DNA of 64,000 nt, taken from IMG/VR virus record IMGVR_UViG_3300026522_000846; one strand, given 5' to 3'. Positions within the stretch are counted from its first letter, which is position 1, and every line of letters begins with the position of its first letter. Below, one piece after another: positions 1 to 9,538 of the stretch. Below the pieces are notes generated by a model, which ran no database searches, was not told the DNA's origin, and saw only the letters and a list, made by a program, of their open reading frames with translations. Both the position numbers and the translations under genes were made by a program. The stretch comes from an uncultured virus (IMG/VR IMGVR_UViG_3300026522_000846). Lineage: Duplodnaviria; Heunggongvirae; Uroviricota; Caudoviricetes.

Positions 1-162
1 GGCAAGATCGTAAAGTATCTGTTTAAGATCAGTATCTGTAGAACCGATGAGTACTTTATTACGATACTTTGTACACCAGACTATATGATACTGAAGGCAG
101 TATACATAGCCCCGACCATGCGTAACAAAAGATGGTATAGTAAATATATCTTCTTTATCCAT
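1..162 (-). CDS. tnpA: IS200/IS605 Y1 (HUH) transposase TnpA, N-terminal part; runs off the window edge
   Basis: Not in the ORF track. Minus strand from ATG at 162 reads MDKEDIFTIPSFVTHGRGYVYCLQYHIVWCTKYRNKVL..., containing the TnpA YHIVWCTKYR motif; a TATAAT lies just upstream. Confidence 0.9.
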   Translation of the reverse strand, partial: MDKEDIFTIPSFVTHGRGYVYCLQYHIVWCTKYRNKVLIGSTDTDLKQILYDLA

Positions 163-259
163 ATCTTTATTATACCATAGGTTACTCATCCCGTAAAGAC
201 TATGAGAGTTAAAGACCGCCTAACTCATAACTAAAGTCACGAGTGTGCGGCGGTTAATC
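1..259 (-). mobile_element. Left end of an IS200/IS605 element
   Basis: Subterminal hairpin CTCGTGACTTTAGTTATGAG (minus strand, about 224-243), preceded by TTGAT (260-264), the ISDra2-type target motif; tnpA follows. Confidence 0.75.
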
Positions 260-325
260 ATCAACTTTGTCATAAACGTAACAAGTGACTAAATTGAAAT
301 CATAAATGACTAAATTGAGCAAAAA

Positions 326-357
326 AAAAGAGAACCCGACACATCAGGTTCTCTTTT
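326..357. terminator. Bidirectional intrinsic terminator-like hairpin
   Basis: AAAAGAGAACC-loop-GGTTCTCTTTT with A and T tails. Confidence 0.6.
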
Positions 358-419
358 GGTGTTGTCCGAGGAGTTAAAGACCGAAGGTCGAACTTCCACC
401 ACAATTCACCCACGCCGCA

Positions 420-1834
420 GGGCAGGAAGCCCTGACTTCTGTAAGTCGTGGGAGGAATGCCCGTTTTAGTGGTGTATTTTCTTTATGCGACGTTGTTCTT
501 CACCAAAATATATGATATAATAATTTTGGTGAAGAATGTAGGTATAGTATATGGAGCAGACAATTACAGCAAAACTTCAGATTTTAGTAAATCCTTTTGA
601 TAAGCAGATACTCTGCGATACCATGAAGGCTTATTCTGATGCTTGTAATTATGTGTCTGAATACATATACAAAACACATAACCTTAGTCGTTATAGTGTA
701 CAGAAAGATACTTACTATCAAGTCCGTGAAATTTATGGTCTCCGTTCTCAGATGGCAGTTTCTTGTGTACGAACAGTTATTGCTAAATACAAGACCATTC
801 TCGAAAATCAGAAAGAGTGGATAAAGCCTGTATTTAGACTTCCTCAATTAGACCTTGTATGGAACAGGGATTATTCGCTTAATACAAAAAACGATATATT
901 TTCTGTTAATACATTGAATGGTCGTATCAAGGTTGCTTTCTATAAAAATGGCTTTGAACAATATTTTTCTGACAACTGTAAGTTTGGCACTGCGAAGCTT
1001 GTGAATAAACATAATAAGTTTTATTTGCATATACCTGTAACATACGAAATTACCGAACTTAAAAAATCAGAAGTTTCTAATGTTGTTGGTATAGACCGTG
1101 GAATCAGATTTCTTGCTGCAACATATGATAGTAATGGAAAATCTGTATTTTACGATGGTAATGTTGTTAAACAAAAACGTGCTCATTATAAGTCTTTGCG
1201 TAAGCAGTTACAGCAGGTCGGTACTCCATCATCCCGTAGACGAATTAAAGCTATCGGTCAGCGAGAAAACCGTTGGATGCAGGATGTAAACCATTGTGTA
1301 TCAAAGGCACTCGTTGAGAATAATCCCGTTGGTACTTTGTTTGTCATTGAAGATTTAAGTGGTATCCGTTCTGCTACTGAAAGAGTTAAGGTGAAAGACC
1401 GTTATGTTTCCGTATCATGGTCTTACTATGATTTAGAACAGAAACTATCTTACAAAGCCTTAAAGCATCATCAGCTTGTAGAAAAGGTTAATCCTGCTTA
1501 TACAAGCCAAACTTGTCCTAAATGTGGTCATACAGCAAAGACTAACCGCAACAAGAAAATGCATCTTTTCTGTTGTAAAAACTGTGGTTATAAATCTAAC
1601 GATGACCGCATTGGAGCTATGAATCTGTATCGTATGGGAATAGAACTATTAGTACCTGATGCAGTTGCTACGGAGTAAATCTCTGTAGTACAGGTATGTG
1701 TCAACGTGCCTACGATGTAACGCCACTTTTAGCAGTAATGTTAAACGACTAAATGTGGGAGGATTTATCCGCTATACCACAGGGCAGTTACAAGCTCCGA
1801 CATCAAAGCGATAGCTTAGGTCGGGGTAGTTGAC
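420..1834 (+). mobile_element. IS1341-type (tnpB-only) IS200/IS605 element
   Basis: Left end GGGCAGGAAGCCC...GGGAGGAATGCCC; right-end hairpin finishing GGGGTAGTTGAC at 1834; single tnpB. Left boundary approximate. Confidence 0.75.
551..1678 (+). CDS. tnpB: RNA-guided endonuclease TnpB
   Basis: RuvC motifs GIDRG, IEDL and NDDRIGA; zinc ribbon CPKCG...CKNCG. Confidence 0.93.
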   Translation: MEQTITAKLQILVNPFDKQILCDTMKAYSDACNYVSEYIYKTHNLSRYSVQKDTYYQVREIYGLRSQMAVSCVRTVIAKYKTILENQKEWIKPVFRLPQLDLVWNRDYSLNTKNDIFSVNTLNGRIKVAFYKNGFEQYFSDNCKFGTAKLVNKHNKFYLHIPVTYEITELKKSEVSNVVGIDRGIRFLAATYDSNGKSVFYDGNVVKQKRAHYKSLRKQLQQVGTPSSRRRIKAIGQRENRWMQDVNHCVSKALVENNPVGTLFVIEDLSGIRSATERVKVKDRYVSVSWSYYDLEQKLSYKALKHHQLVEKVNPAYTSQTCPKCGHTAKTNRNKKMHLFCCKNCGYKSNDDRIGAMNLYRMGIELLVPDAVATE

Positions 1835-1854
1835 GTTTGCTTTCCACAATCGCT
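1640..1854 (+). ncRNA. Predicted TnpB omegaRNA (reRNA); guide about 1835-1854
   Basis: Position between the tnpB 3' end and the transposon right end matches known TnpB reRNAs. 5' boundary inferred. Confidence 0.55.
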
Positions 1855-1926
1855 CGCCTGCTTAATGTAATGCAAACAGGAATAAAATACAAGTCACAGC
1901 CCCATTTACTCCCCTCTCTCTTTTCC

Positions 1927-2373
1927 TTAAAAGAATCTTTGATCCAGTTTCCCTGTTGCGTTTGTAATAGACGCTTCATGGAGTGGATAGAACAATTTTG
2001 CCAGTTCCTTTGCTGGGCATCGATAGCTCATGATTCTGGAAGACCGATTGTATTTCCATTGCCAATAAGTGTAAATGTCCGCCATCCAATGCAAGAGAAC
2101 ACCATCTGCTTTTTCGCCCGGATCACAAGCATCCAAAGGAACGCTATGGTAGACCTGTTTCCATCCCTTCATTAGAGCAGACCAGTTTCCCTCATCCATT
2201 TTTTGACGGATGTCGGAAAATCGAAGGAAAGCGTCGATTTGCTGATAGATATCCAAGTCGTTAATTTCATTCATTTGGATGAACACCAAACGAATCAGAT
2301 TCATGGTTCCTTCCAGATATTCTTTTGGATATGCCGGATGTTTTCCTCCGGTTTCACATAACGGTAGCCCCAT
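1927..2373 (-). CDS. Hypothetical protein
   Basis: 148-aa ORF directly downstream of the NADAR-like gene. Confidence 0.6.
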   Translation of the reverse strand: MGLPLCETGGKHPAYPKEYLEGTMNLIRLVFIQMNEINDLDIYQQIDAFLRFSDIRQKMDEGNWSALMKGWKQVYHSVPLDACDPGEKADGVLLHWMADIYTYWQWKYNRSSRIMSYRCPAKELAKLFYPLHEASITNATGKLDQRFF

Positions 2374-2374
2374 A

Positions 2375-2897
2375 TTATTGCTTCCTTTCTTGCTTAAGTT
2401 CCTGTTGTCGTTCTCTTTCTTCCATCAAAATCTGCCCCAGTAAGTTTTGTCCATGCCATGTTCCATCGCTCGTCTGCACCATACCCCATGTCTTATCATT
2501 CCATGTATTTCCCTCGATTAGAATGACGTTTCCCGTAGCACAGAGCCTGTCCGACAATTCCGGATGCTGACTGAATTTTTCATGAACCAAGTTTCGCATG
2601 ACAGATACTTTGACCTTTTCCCAATCATGTCGAAGAGGGATCGACCGTCCGAAACGTCTAGCATCTCCGGAAGATAGAGAGGAAAACTGCTTTTGCAGTT
2701 CACAGTCGGTCGTCTAATGGAACGATACTGAAGGTATCGTTCCTAGGGAAGGATCTACGATCCTTTCCAATTTGTGCCTGAAATGCCACTTCGTTGCTCG
2801 GATAGGTGATTCCATGATAAACAACAGGAGCAGGATAATAATTTGACAGAAACCAATATTGATCTTGAAAGGTCGTAATGTTAATAAGTTCCATCAA
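2375..2897 (-). pseudogene. NADAR (YbiA-like) family gene frameshifted by a family-A element
   Basis: N-terminal part FLSNYYPAPV...EVAFQAQ and C-terminal part KFSQHPEL...IEGNTWNDKTWG...GQNLLGQILM are in different frames; removing 2716-2770 restores one ORF. Confidence 0.88.
2717..2770. repeat. Family-A double-hairpin element
   Basis: ATGGAACGATACTGAAGGTATCGTTCC-TA-GGGAAGGATCTACGATCCTTTCCAA. Confidence 0.92.
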
Positions 2898-3112
2898 ACT
2901 TCATCTCCCGTCTCTTTGTCTACAAATGAAACTTTCAGATCACAGCCGAGGACTCCTGCGATCCGTTCCAGTTCGGACTGTTTGAAGTCACACCTTGTCA
3001 TCTTGTTGGATAAATTCTGCCGTGTCTGGTGTGTTCTTTCGGCAATGTTACCCATAGTCATGCCTTTTCGACCTGCCAGAAATCGGATCTTCTCTGATGT
3101 GCTCATTTCCAT
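2894..3112 (-). CDS. XRE-family HTH transcriptional regulator
   Basis: 72 aa with HTH-like MTMGNIAERTHQTRQNLSNKM; upstream TTGACA-17-TAGAAT on the minus strand (about 3160-3188). Confidence 0.8.
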   Translation of the reverse strand: MEMSTSEKIRFLAGRKGMTMGNIAERTHQTRQNLSNKMTRCDFKQSELERIAGVLGCDLKVSFVDKETGDEV

Positions 3113-3267
3113 TTCGATTCCCTCCTTTCCTTTGTACTTTGTACTTTCCTTTGTACGTTATTCTACATTATACACTCAAAAATGTCAAATCAAAGCGTTT
3201 CTTTTCGTTTTTCATCATTTTCTTTCCGTTTGTATCTGACCAATAATATCCAATTTTTTTGCATCTA

Positions 3268-3320
3268 ATGGAAAGGGACTAAAGCCCCTTTCCTAGGAGT
3301 GATGCAAAGCATCACTCCAT
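3268..3320. repeat. Family-A double-hairpin element (intergenic)
   Basis: ATGGAAAGGGACTAAAGCCCCTTTCC-TA-GGAGTGATGCAAAGCATCACTCCAT. Confidence 0.92.
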
Positions 3321-3407
3321 CTTTTAATAGATTTTACGCATAGAAATATTGTAAGGACAGGAGCAGAAACAAGCAAAAAAACAGGAAAACAGATAAGGAG
3401 CTACATC

Positions 3408-3614
3408 ATGAATACAATGAACACCTACGGCTATGCCGTGTTCTATAAGGCAGAGAAACCGCCCTTGCACGTTGTTGCAATCTATTCCGAGATCCATATT
3501 GCCTTCAACGTCTTCGACAATGCTCGGGATGCAAGCGATTACATTCGGGACAACTGCAACCATGTGACCTACAATCCGATTTCGATTTTGAGAGCGACTT
3601 TGGCGACCTGCTAA
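3408..3614 (+). CDS. Small hypothetical protein
   Basis: AAGGAG RBS; first of a co-oriented block of small ORFs. Confidence 0.6.
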   Translation: MNTMNTYGYAVFYKAEKPPLHVVAIYSEIHIAFNVFDNARDASDYIRDNCNHVTYNPISILRATLATC

Positions 3615-3746
3615 AGACTTATCAGAACGCAAGCGAAAGTCAGTTGTTCAAAGGCACAAACAACCAGTTGTACATCCATAACAGATCAACGGTAGACAAC
3701 AAGGAAGAAAAAGAACCAGAGTACGATAGATAAGGTCGGTCAGGAT

Positions 3747-3941
3747 ATGAAATACGGTATTTATCGGTTGGATGAAACAAACTATACAACATACTGGGAA
3801 TACCCGCTTGATCTCAATGAAAAGGTGGAAAAGAACGGGTTTGTGAAGATAGGGGAAACGGATACAAGGCTTGAAGCCATGAAAGTAGTACATCCGCTAT
3901 ACAAACGTGCAGTATGGTTAAACAGGCAAAGCAACGTCTGA
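3747..3941 (+). CDS. Small hypothetical protein, paralog of 58668..58910
   Basis: Shares the KYG(I/V)Y...GFVK(I/V)xET(D/E)T..EA pattern with the ORF at 58668. Confidence 0.65.
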   Translation: MKYGIYRLDETNYTTYWEYPLDLNEKVEKNGFVKIGETDTRLEAMKVVHPLYKRAVWLNRQSNV

Positions 3942-3942
3942 A

Positions 3943-4212
3943 TTGCATCAATGTGAGCTGATAGAAAAGGAAGAAAACAGTATGAAGTTAGTCATTGAAA
4001 TACCAAAAGAATTTGAATGTGACTGGAACGGCAATCAGTTTCAGGGCGGTCGGTTTCAGGATTGTTTCGAGCGTGTACTCGCAGATTTACGAGATTCGTC
4101 TTGTATCTCCGGTAACTATGAGAAAGAAACCCTTGAAATGCTCAAAACCGCCTTTCGTGATGCAAAGGAAGAGGATAAGGAACACAATCAAAACGAAGAA
4201 ATAGAGAGGTAA
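3943..4212 (+). CDS. Small phage-like hypothetical protein (true start probably MKLVIEIPKE)
   Basis: RBS upstream of the internal ATG; ends in EEIER. Confidence 0.65.
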   Translation: MHQCELIEKEENSMKLVIEIPKEFECDWNGNQFQGGRFQDCFERVLADLRDSSCISGNYEKETLEMLKTAFRDAKEEDKEHNQNEEIER

Positions 4213-4237
4213 TTCTTATGAATATTCAAATAATGAT

Positions 4238-4633
4238 ATGAACTCGGTACTGAACGACCTTGAATTGTTTACGGATCAGTCAGACTGGTCACTCGTGGAC
4301 TGGTTACTGGCAATTAAGAACAAGGCAGTTGCCTTTGATCCAAAGTATTGTGCCGTCAGGATCGATCACGAATGGCTCAATGTTGTGAACGGCGGGGTTT
4401 TATCCCCAGACATTGACACCGTGATCGACAAGGTGAAGAGCCTTCCTACCGAGTACCGTAACTTCCCGAATGATTACACGGAAATTAAAGCGGATGTGTT
4501 CGAGAGAGAGTTGTTTTTCAATACACATTATGTCGCAAAACGACAGTACAAAAGCATTGAGAATACACTTTTCCGTGTGTCACCAAAACAATTTCTTTCT
4601 ATTTTTACTGATTTTCTTTCCGTTTATGCTTGA
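4238..4633 (+). CDS. Hypothetical protein
   Basis: 131-aa ORF in the co-oriented block. Confidence 0.6.
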   Translation: MNSVLNDLELFTDQSDWSLVDWLLAIKNKAVAFDPKYCAVRIDHEWLNVVNGGVLSPDIDTVIDKVKSLPTEYRNFPNDYTEIKADVFERELFFNTHYVAKRQYKSIENTLFRVSPKQFLSIFTDFLSVYA

Positions 4634-4661
4634 CAAATTACACGATACAGTGTAATATAAT
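4630..4661 (+). promoter_or_regulatory. SigA-type promoter
   Basis: TTGACA, 17-nt spacer, TAATAT (overlapping a TATAAT). Confidence 0.55.
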
Positions 4662-4683
4662 GTCATAAGGTAAAGGGAAATGG

Positions 4684-4923
4684 TTGACAGACCGAAAGGA
4701 GAACAACATGGAGTACACACATTCTGAAAAGGAAGAACATTATCGTGATTTGCTGAATCAGATTATTGATCATGTATCGAACTGTGAAAACACTTCCACC
4801 ACGATAAAGACCTTACTGTACTGGGGTTTTACCGTAGAAGATTTGGAACAGGACTTCAACTTTGAAGAAACCGAAGTGAAAGACTGCTCGGAAGACATGG
4901 ATGATTTCGATCCGATCTATTGA
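4684..4923 (+). CDS. Small acidic hypothetical protein
   Basis: AAGGAG RBS before MEYTH. Confidence 0.6.
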   Translation: MTDRKENNMEYTHSEKEEHYRDLLNQIIDHVSNCENTSTTIKTLLYWGFTVEDLEQDFNFEETEVKDCSEDMDDFDPIY

Positions 4924-4947
4924 TTCCACAGAAAGGAAAGACGGCAT

Positions 4948-5199
4948 ATGACTTTGAAAGATTTTTTGGAAGTAGATTTGTATCCGGAAGATCCGGTGGT
5001 TTTACACATCTATATGGGAGACGGAAGGTATCAGACTTTTCATTCTTATGTTAAGGATTTTATAGATGATAATCGTTTTTACGATTGCGATGTTAATGAT
5101 TATGGAGATGACCATGATTACGGTTGCAGATACATTATGTGTGACGGATTGGGAACCGTTGATTATGGCGATATTTACGACAGCGAATGGCAATATTGA
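4948..5199 (+). CDS. Small acidic hypothetical protein
   Basis: AAGGA RBS; D/Y-rich. Confidence 0.6.
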   Translation: MTLKDFLEVDLYPEDPVVLHIYMGDGRYQTFHSYVKDFIDDNRFYDCDVNDYGDDHDYGCRYIMCDGLGTVDYGDIYDSEWQY

Positions 5200-5380
5200 G
5201 TAGACCTTAAATATCAAAGGGAAAGAGAATGGAGAGGACAGGCAAGATGAAAAATCAGTCCGTGTTGTTGGCAAAAGAAACTGAAGATGGCTATATTTCG
5301 CTAGGAACAATCACACTCATGTCGGACAGGTCGAATGACGCTGATAAACCAAAAAAGAAGAGCGATGGAAAGGCAGAGCA

Positions 5381-5635
5381 ATGAAAGAACAGTTCATTTG
5401 GTTTACCAAAGACCTAGACGGTTGGAATGATGGGTACACCGTGGTTGCCAGAGTGTACGGCAAGGAACTGACAGACGGAACCATCGACCAAGTCAAGGAT
5501 GCAATTTGGGATTACATGAACGAAACCGAAGGCGAGTGGAATGACAATGGACGCCTTGACGTTGCACAAAAGCAGTTGGAAAAAGAAGGCTACAAGGTCG
5601 ATTGGATCAAGGCAGATGCGGAAATCTTCATTTGA
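5381..5635 (+). CDS. Small hypothetical protein
   Basis: RBS; co-oriented block. Confidence 0.6.
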   Translation: MKEQFIWFTKDLDGWNDGYTVVARVYGKELTDGTIDQVKDAIWDYMNETEGEWNDNGRLDVAQKQLEKEGYKVDWIKADAEIFI

Positions 5636-5955
5636 TAGAAAGGGAAAATAACATGAAGTACAGAATCTTCAAAAGAGAATTTTATGAAAATGGTAAACGT
5701 AGATCCGGTTGGGAGGATGTCGGAGAAATCATGGAAGCAGAGAAGGACATGGTAGCCATATACGAGTGGGTGGTTGAACGCAGTCCTGCCGTAACGTGTC
5801 CGGAAAGCTATGGAATGGGTGGTGCAACTTTCTGCCGAAACCGTTGTTGGGTAGAAATGAGAGACCTTAATGCTCTTCCTCTGCATCCCGAACATGAACA
5901 TTTTACAATGGAACTGATGGCAAAAGAGCAGCCTGAATTGGAGAACGAATTATGA
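5602..5955 (+). CDS. Hypothetical protein (probable start MKYRIF)
   Basis: AAGGGA RBS before the internal ATG. Confidence 0.55.
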   Translation: MDQGRCGNLHLIERENNMKYRIFKREFYENGKRRSGWEDVGEIMEAEKDMVAIYEWVVERSPAVTCPESYGMGGATFCRNRCWVEMRDLNALPLHPEHEHFTMELMAKEQPELENEL

Positions 5956-6099
5956 AGATTCGTATTGACGAAGAATCCAAGGGGATCCTGACAGAGTATG
6001 TACAGAAGGTCAACGACTTCCTGAAGTGCTACACTTCCGAAGAGTGGGAAATCTCCAGATACTAAGACAGTCGCAAAAAAGAAATGAGAGGAAAACAAC

Positions 6100-6414
6100 A
6101 TGGGAATATACCAGTTAAGCAGACCAAGCATTGATACCATTATCAACTATTGCAATGACCTTGCCGCAAACGAAAAACTAGAAGTGTTTGAGTTTGGCAA
6201 GAACAACGATTTAGTCCTTACAATTTTCAAAGACGAGGACTTCGATGCGTCAAAAGACAAGGATGCTTGGAATTTAGTCATGATCAGCGTTGCAAAAGAT
6301 GGAAAGTATGTAGAGGACACAGGCGACATCTATGTGACCGATGATTCTTTGTACAAGGAGTTGGAAAGAATTTACGACCATGACTACGAAAAGGGAATAG
6401 AGAAAGAAAGATAA
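6100..6414 (+). CDS. Hypothetical protein
   Basis: GAGG RBS; ends in GIEKER. Confidence 0.65.
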   Translation: MGIYQLSRPSIDTIINYCNDLAANEKLEVFEFGKNNDLVLTIFKDEDFDASKDKDAWNLVMISVAKDGKYVEDTGDIYVTDDSLYKELERIYDHDYEKGIEKER

Positions 6415-6429
6415 GCAGGGGTATTGTGT

Positions 6430-6591
6430 ATGATTCAGACAATTTTTAACGTAATCATGGTCGCAATATTTATTTTTTTTGCACTCTATACCCTTCGCAA
6501 GTGGAAGATATTCAAAGAAGCAGGAGTCGCCGGTTGGAAGTCGCTCATTCCAATTTATAGCGACTGGATTCTTTTTGAGAATATCTTATGA
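6430..6591 (+). pseudogene. Truncated DUF5684-like membrane protein
   Basis: Not in the ORF track: MIQTIFNVIMVAIFIFFALYTLRKWKIFKEAGVAGWKSLIPIYSDW... then stop after 53 aa. Confidence 0.5.
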
Positions 6592-6670
6592 CGCAGTTTG
6601 ATCTTATGCGAAGATTGTACGAAGAAAAATACAATCTGTTCCCATATAAACTGATTAAATCCTGTAAATC

Positions 6671-6711
6671 AAAAGCACCCAATTCTCGATCCAAGAGAAA
6701 AGGGTGCTTTA
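6671..6711. terminator. Bidirectional terminator between convergent blocks
   Basis: AAAAGCACCC...GGGTGCTTT. Confidence 0.65.
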
Positions 6712-6902
6712 TTTTTTACTTCACATTCTTCAGTGCCTTGTTTATCTTATCCATATACTGTCTGATAGCTTGCTCTGTCGCACCGACCTTGCTCATTCCG
6801 TGAGCCTTGCAGAACGCTTCAAATTCTTCGTGCAGAGCCTTGTCCATACAGACATTCAGATATTTGATTTCTTTCTTATCATTGTTCTTCATATCCGCTA
6901 CC

Positions 6903-7253
6903 TCATCTCTGATTACCCTTCATCCATATTTCTTCACATACTCTGCATACAAGTCCTCGGTTGGGTAAATCCCACATTGGAATCAATTTTCCACTATGTC
7001 CATAACAGACAGAGCAATAATGTACTTTGGAATTCTCAGGTAATGTAAACGACATATTGTTGTCATCCCAAATACGCTTTTCTTGAATGTCAAGAGTCTT
7101 TTTCAGCTCCTGATTTTCCTTATCCAATTCATTGACCTGTTTCTCAATGACAATCAGTTTACTCACCAACTGTTCGTTCTTATTCTTTTCAGCTTCATCC
7201 ATCAAATCTTTGATTAAACTGTAAATATCCATTACTGCTGACATATCTATCAC
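6903..7253 (-). CDS. Hypothetical coiled-coil protein with a C-terminal zinc ribbon
   Basis: CSVC...CRVC; AAGGAG RBS. Confidence 0.65.
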   Translation of the reverse strand: MIDMSAVMDIYSLIKDLMDEAEKNKNEQLVSKLIVIEKQVNELDKENQELKKTLDIQEKRIWDDNNMSFTLPENSKVHYCSVCYGHSGKLIPMWDLPNRGLVCRVCEEIWMKGNQR

Positions 7254-7262
7254 TCTCCTTTA

Positions 7263-7870
7263 TTACGCAATCTTGTCTGAATACGGCAGACTGTCGATAT
7301 ATCTCTCCATGAAATCCCAGTCAGGAATATAGCCTTTATCGCTGTATTTCTTATCAGGGTCAATCACAGGATTGCCAAACACATCACGCTGAATAGGAAG
7401 CTTAATAATATTGTCAATAAATTTATTTTGGAAGGCTTTTCGACCAAACGCATATTTATATTTATTAGCCGACATTATTGTTGCAATAAATAATCCAGAT
7501 TTTTCAGTCATATTGGTATTATGAAGAATACTTATTTCATCGCTTGCCGTAAATTCACCTGATACATAATAGCAGTCGCCAAAAGTATCATATATTAAAG
7601 CATCTTTATCGACAAATAAAGGATTTGATATATAATCAGTACAGCCATTATTATCCTGAGAGGCTGAAAAATATGATAATTTTCCTTGCTCTCTGTCATC
7701 TGCAATCAAACGCTGTCCCCGTGTAATATCAAATAAATTCCGAACTCTAAATTCTTCCCACTTATCAACACCAAGCGAAAGTGATTCGGCAGCCCCCCTC
7801 GTAGTAGTGATAGGCTCACTATGAAGGCTCTTGATATAATCTTCCATGAACTGCCAATCAGGAATATATC
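7263..7870 (-). pseudogene. C-terminal half of a restriction-modification specificity (S) subunit
   Basis: Repeated conserved block YIPDWQFMEDYIKSL / YIPDWDFMERYIDSL flanking one TRD; the N-terminal half is replaced by the tnpB element. Confidence 0.8.
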
Positions 7871-9296
7871 GGGTATCCGCAATAAGTGGTTGAAACTCCG
7901 CTCTCACCGGATGGACGGCTTCCAACTCTCTAGTTGAAAATATCCCGTTTCATTACTTCGCGGTTCCTGATTCAATGATGGATAACTAGATACACAATGT
8001 TGCTATGTATCCCCGCCAGAGCCATCTCCACAGGCGTAAATTCCCGGCACCCTGTCGGTATTGTTAATAAGTATCTAAGCGGATTTAAGGATCCGTATTC
8101 CTTCGTTTCTGATATTGACTGCGGCATTTACGTCACGGTCGATTACTGTTCCGCAATCCGGGCAACGGTATGTCCGTACATTGAGCGGCATCTTCTGGCG
8201 GTGTCCGCAGCAACTGCACAGTTGTGAGGACGGATACCATTTATCGACCTGAACGAGCGGTTTCCCACGTTCCCGCAGTTTATAGGAAAGCATCGCCGTG
8301 AACATTCCGTATCCGTTATCGTTGGTCGCTTTGCCGTTTCCAAAGTCTTTGTTCGCCATCGCCCGGAGGTTCAGATCTTCGATACATACACCGTCATACC
8401 GATTGGCTATCTCAGTAGACCGCTTCTGCAAGAAGTCCTTCCTCTGGTTCGCTGTATGGCGGTACAGCTTTGCGACACGTTTCTGCGTTTTCAGAAAGCG
8501 GTTAGATTTCGGTTCGCCCTTACGAGAACCCTTCTTCTTTGCTAATTGCCTCTGTCGCCGTTTCAGAAGTTTCTGTGCTTTCCGATAGTAGTGTGGCATC
8601 TCGGCAGGATCACCGTTCGAATCCATGTACAGGCCATCAGATTTATAATCCAATCCGAGAAAACGGCTCGTATCTGGTACAAACGTTGAATCCGAGATCT
8701 CTGTCTTATACGTCACGCTGACATAATACTTTCCGTCCGGCTCACGGCTTATCGTGGCATAACAGACATGAAGGTTATCATTCCAATTCCGTTTGTCAGA
8801 GGATTTTATCCATCCGAGGCAGGGAAGTTTTACACGGCGCGATTCTACAGCGATTACCGTATTGTTTGTTGTCGTGTAGGACTGTCGTCCATGTTTGTTA
8901 TGGAACTTCGGATAACCGCCCTGTTTCTTGAAGAACCTGTCGTAAGAAGCACTTACCTGTCGGCAGGCATATTTTAATGCCTGGGAGTCCGCCTCTTTGA
9001 GCCACGGAAGATACTGCTTCATCTGTGGAAGTAGGTTCTGCATGGCATAATAGTTCAGATGTTCACCACGGCGTTTATAGACCTTCTGATTACGTTCAAG
9101 CATCTTGTTATAGACGTATCGACAATGGCCGAGCGTCTGGTTGATCGTCTGTTTTTGTGTATTGTTCGGATAAATACGCATCTTCCTGGCATGAACGATC
9201 TGCATAAAAACACCTCCTTTCAACCACTAATTGAGGAAACATGAGATAACAGCTTATTCGTGGTTTCTGTTTTTCAACCAGAAATTTCGGTTACCC
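7871..9296 (-). mobile_element. tnpB-carrying element bounded by imperfect 25-bp inverted repeats
   Basis: 7871-7895 GGGTATCCGCAATAAGTGGTTGAAA versus the reverse complement of 9272-9296 GGGTAACCGAAATTTCTGGTTGAAA (20/25); both flanks are broken genes. Confidence 0.65.
8075..9223 (-). CDS. tnpB: RNA-guided endonuclease TnpB (start probably MQIVH)
   Basis: N-terminal RIYPN...GHCRYVYN; RuvC GLDY, IEDL and DRDVNAA; zinc ribbon. Confidence 0.93.
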   Translation of the reverse strand: MKGGVFMQIVHARKMRIYPNNTQKQTINQTLGHCRYVYNKMLERNQKVYKRRGEHLNYYAMQNLLPQMKQYLPWLKEADSQALKYACRQVSASYDRFFKKQGGYPKFHNKHGRQSYTTTNNTVIAVESRRVKLPCLGWIKSSDKRNWNDNLHVCYATISREPDGKYYVSVTYKTEISDSTFVPDTSRFLGLDYKSDGLYMDSNGDPAEMPHYYRKAQKLLKRRQRQLAKKKGSRKGEPKSNRFLKTQKRVAKLYRHTANQRKDFLQKRSTEIANRYDGVCIEDLNLRAMANKDFGNGKATNDNGYGMFTAMLSYKLRERGKPLVQVDKWYPSSQLCSCCGHRQKMPLNVRTYRCPDCGTVIDRDVNAAVNIRNEGIRILKSA

Positions 9297-9409
9297 CATT
9301 TTTCTTTTGATCTGTTTTCGGAAGAGTAAACAACACTCTCATTAATATTGTTTAATCCGCAACGGAATCCGCCGACTCCTGCAAACAATTCACACACTGT
9401 TCTTTCCAA
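9296..9409 (-). pseudogene. N-terminal 38 codons of a DNA (cytosine-5) methyltransferase
   Basis: Not in the ORF track. TTG start with AAGGGGG RBS reads MERTVCELFAGVGGFRCGLNN...KEKW, containing motif I; cut at the inverted repeat. Confidence 0.8.
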
Positions 9410-9432
9410 TGATATTGACCCCCTTACTTTCA

Positions 9433-9538
9433 CAGTTCTTTTAGAGTCGTTCCCAGGAGTGGATTAAAAAATCCACTCCATTCAATGGAGCGAATCGCGG
9501 ATTCGCTCCTAGGAACGATTCCTTTAGAATCGTTCCAT
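9433..9538. repeat. Two tandem family-A elements (first one degenerate)
   Basis: 9485-9538 ATGGAGCGAATCGCGGATTCGCTCC-TA-GGAACGATTCCTTTAGAATCGTTCCAT, flanked by TCA on both sides. Confidence 0.88.

Noticed and set aside
7263..7925. Complete 220-aa S subunit or an hsdS shufflon
   Set aside because: The first 18 or so codons come from the tnpB element end, and no invertase or second TRD cassette is present.
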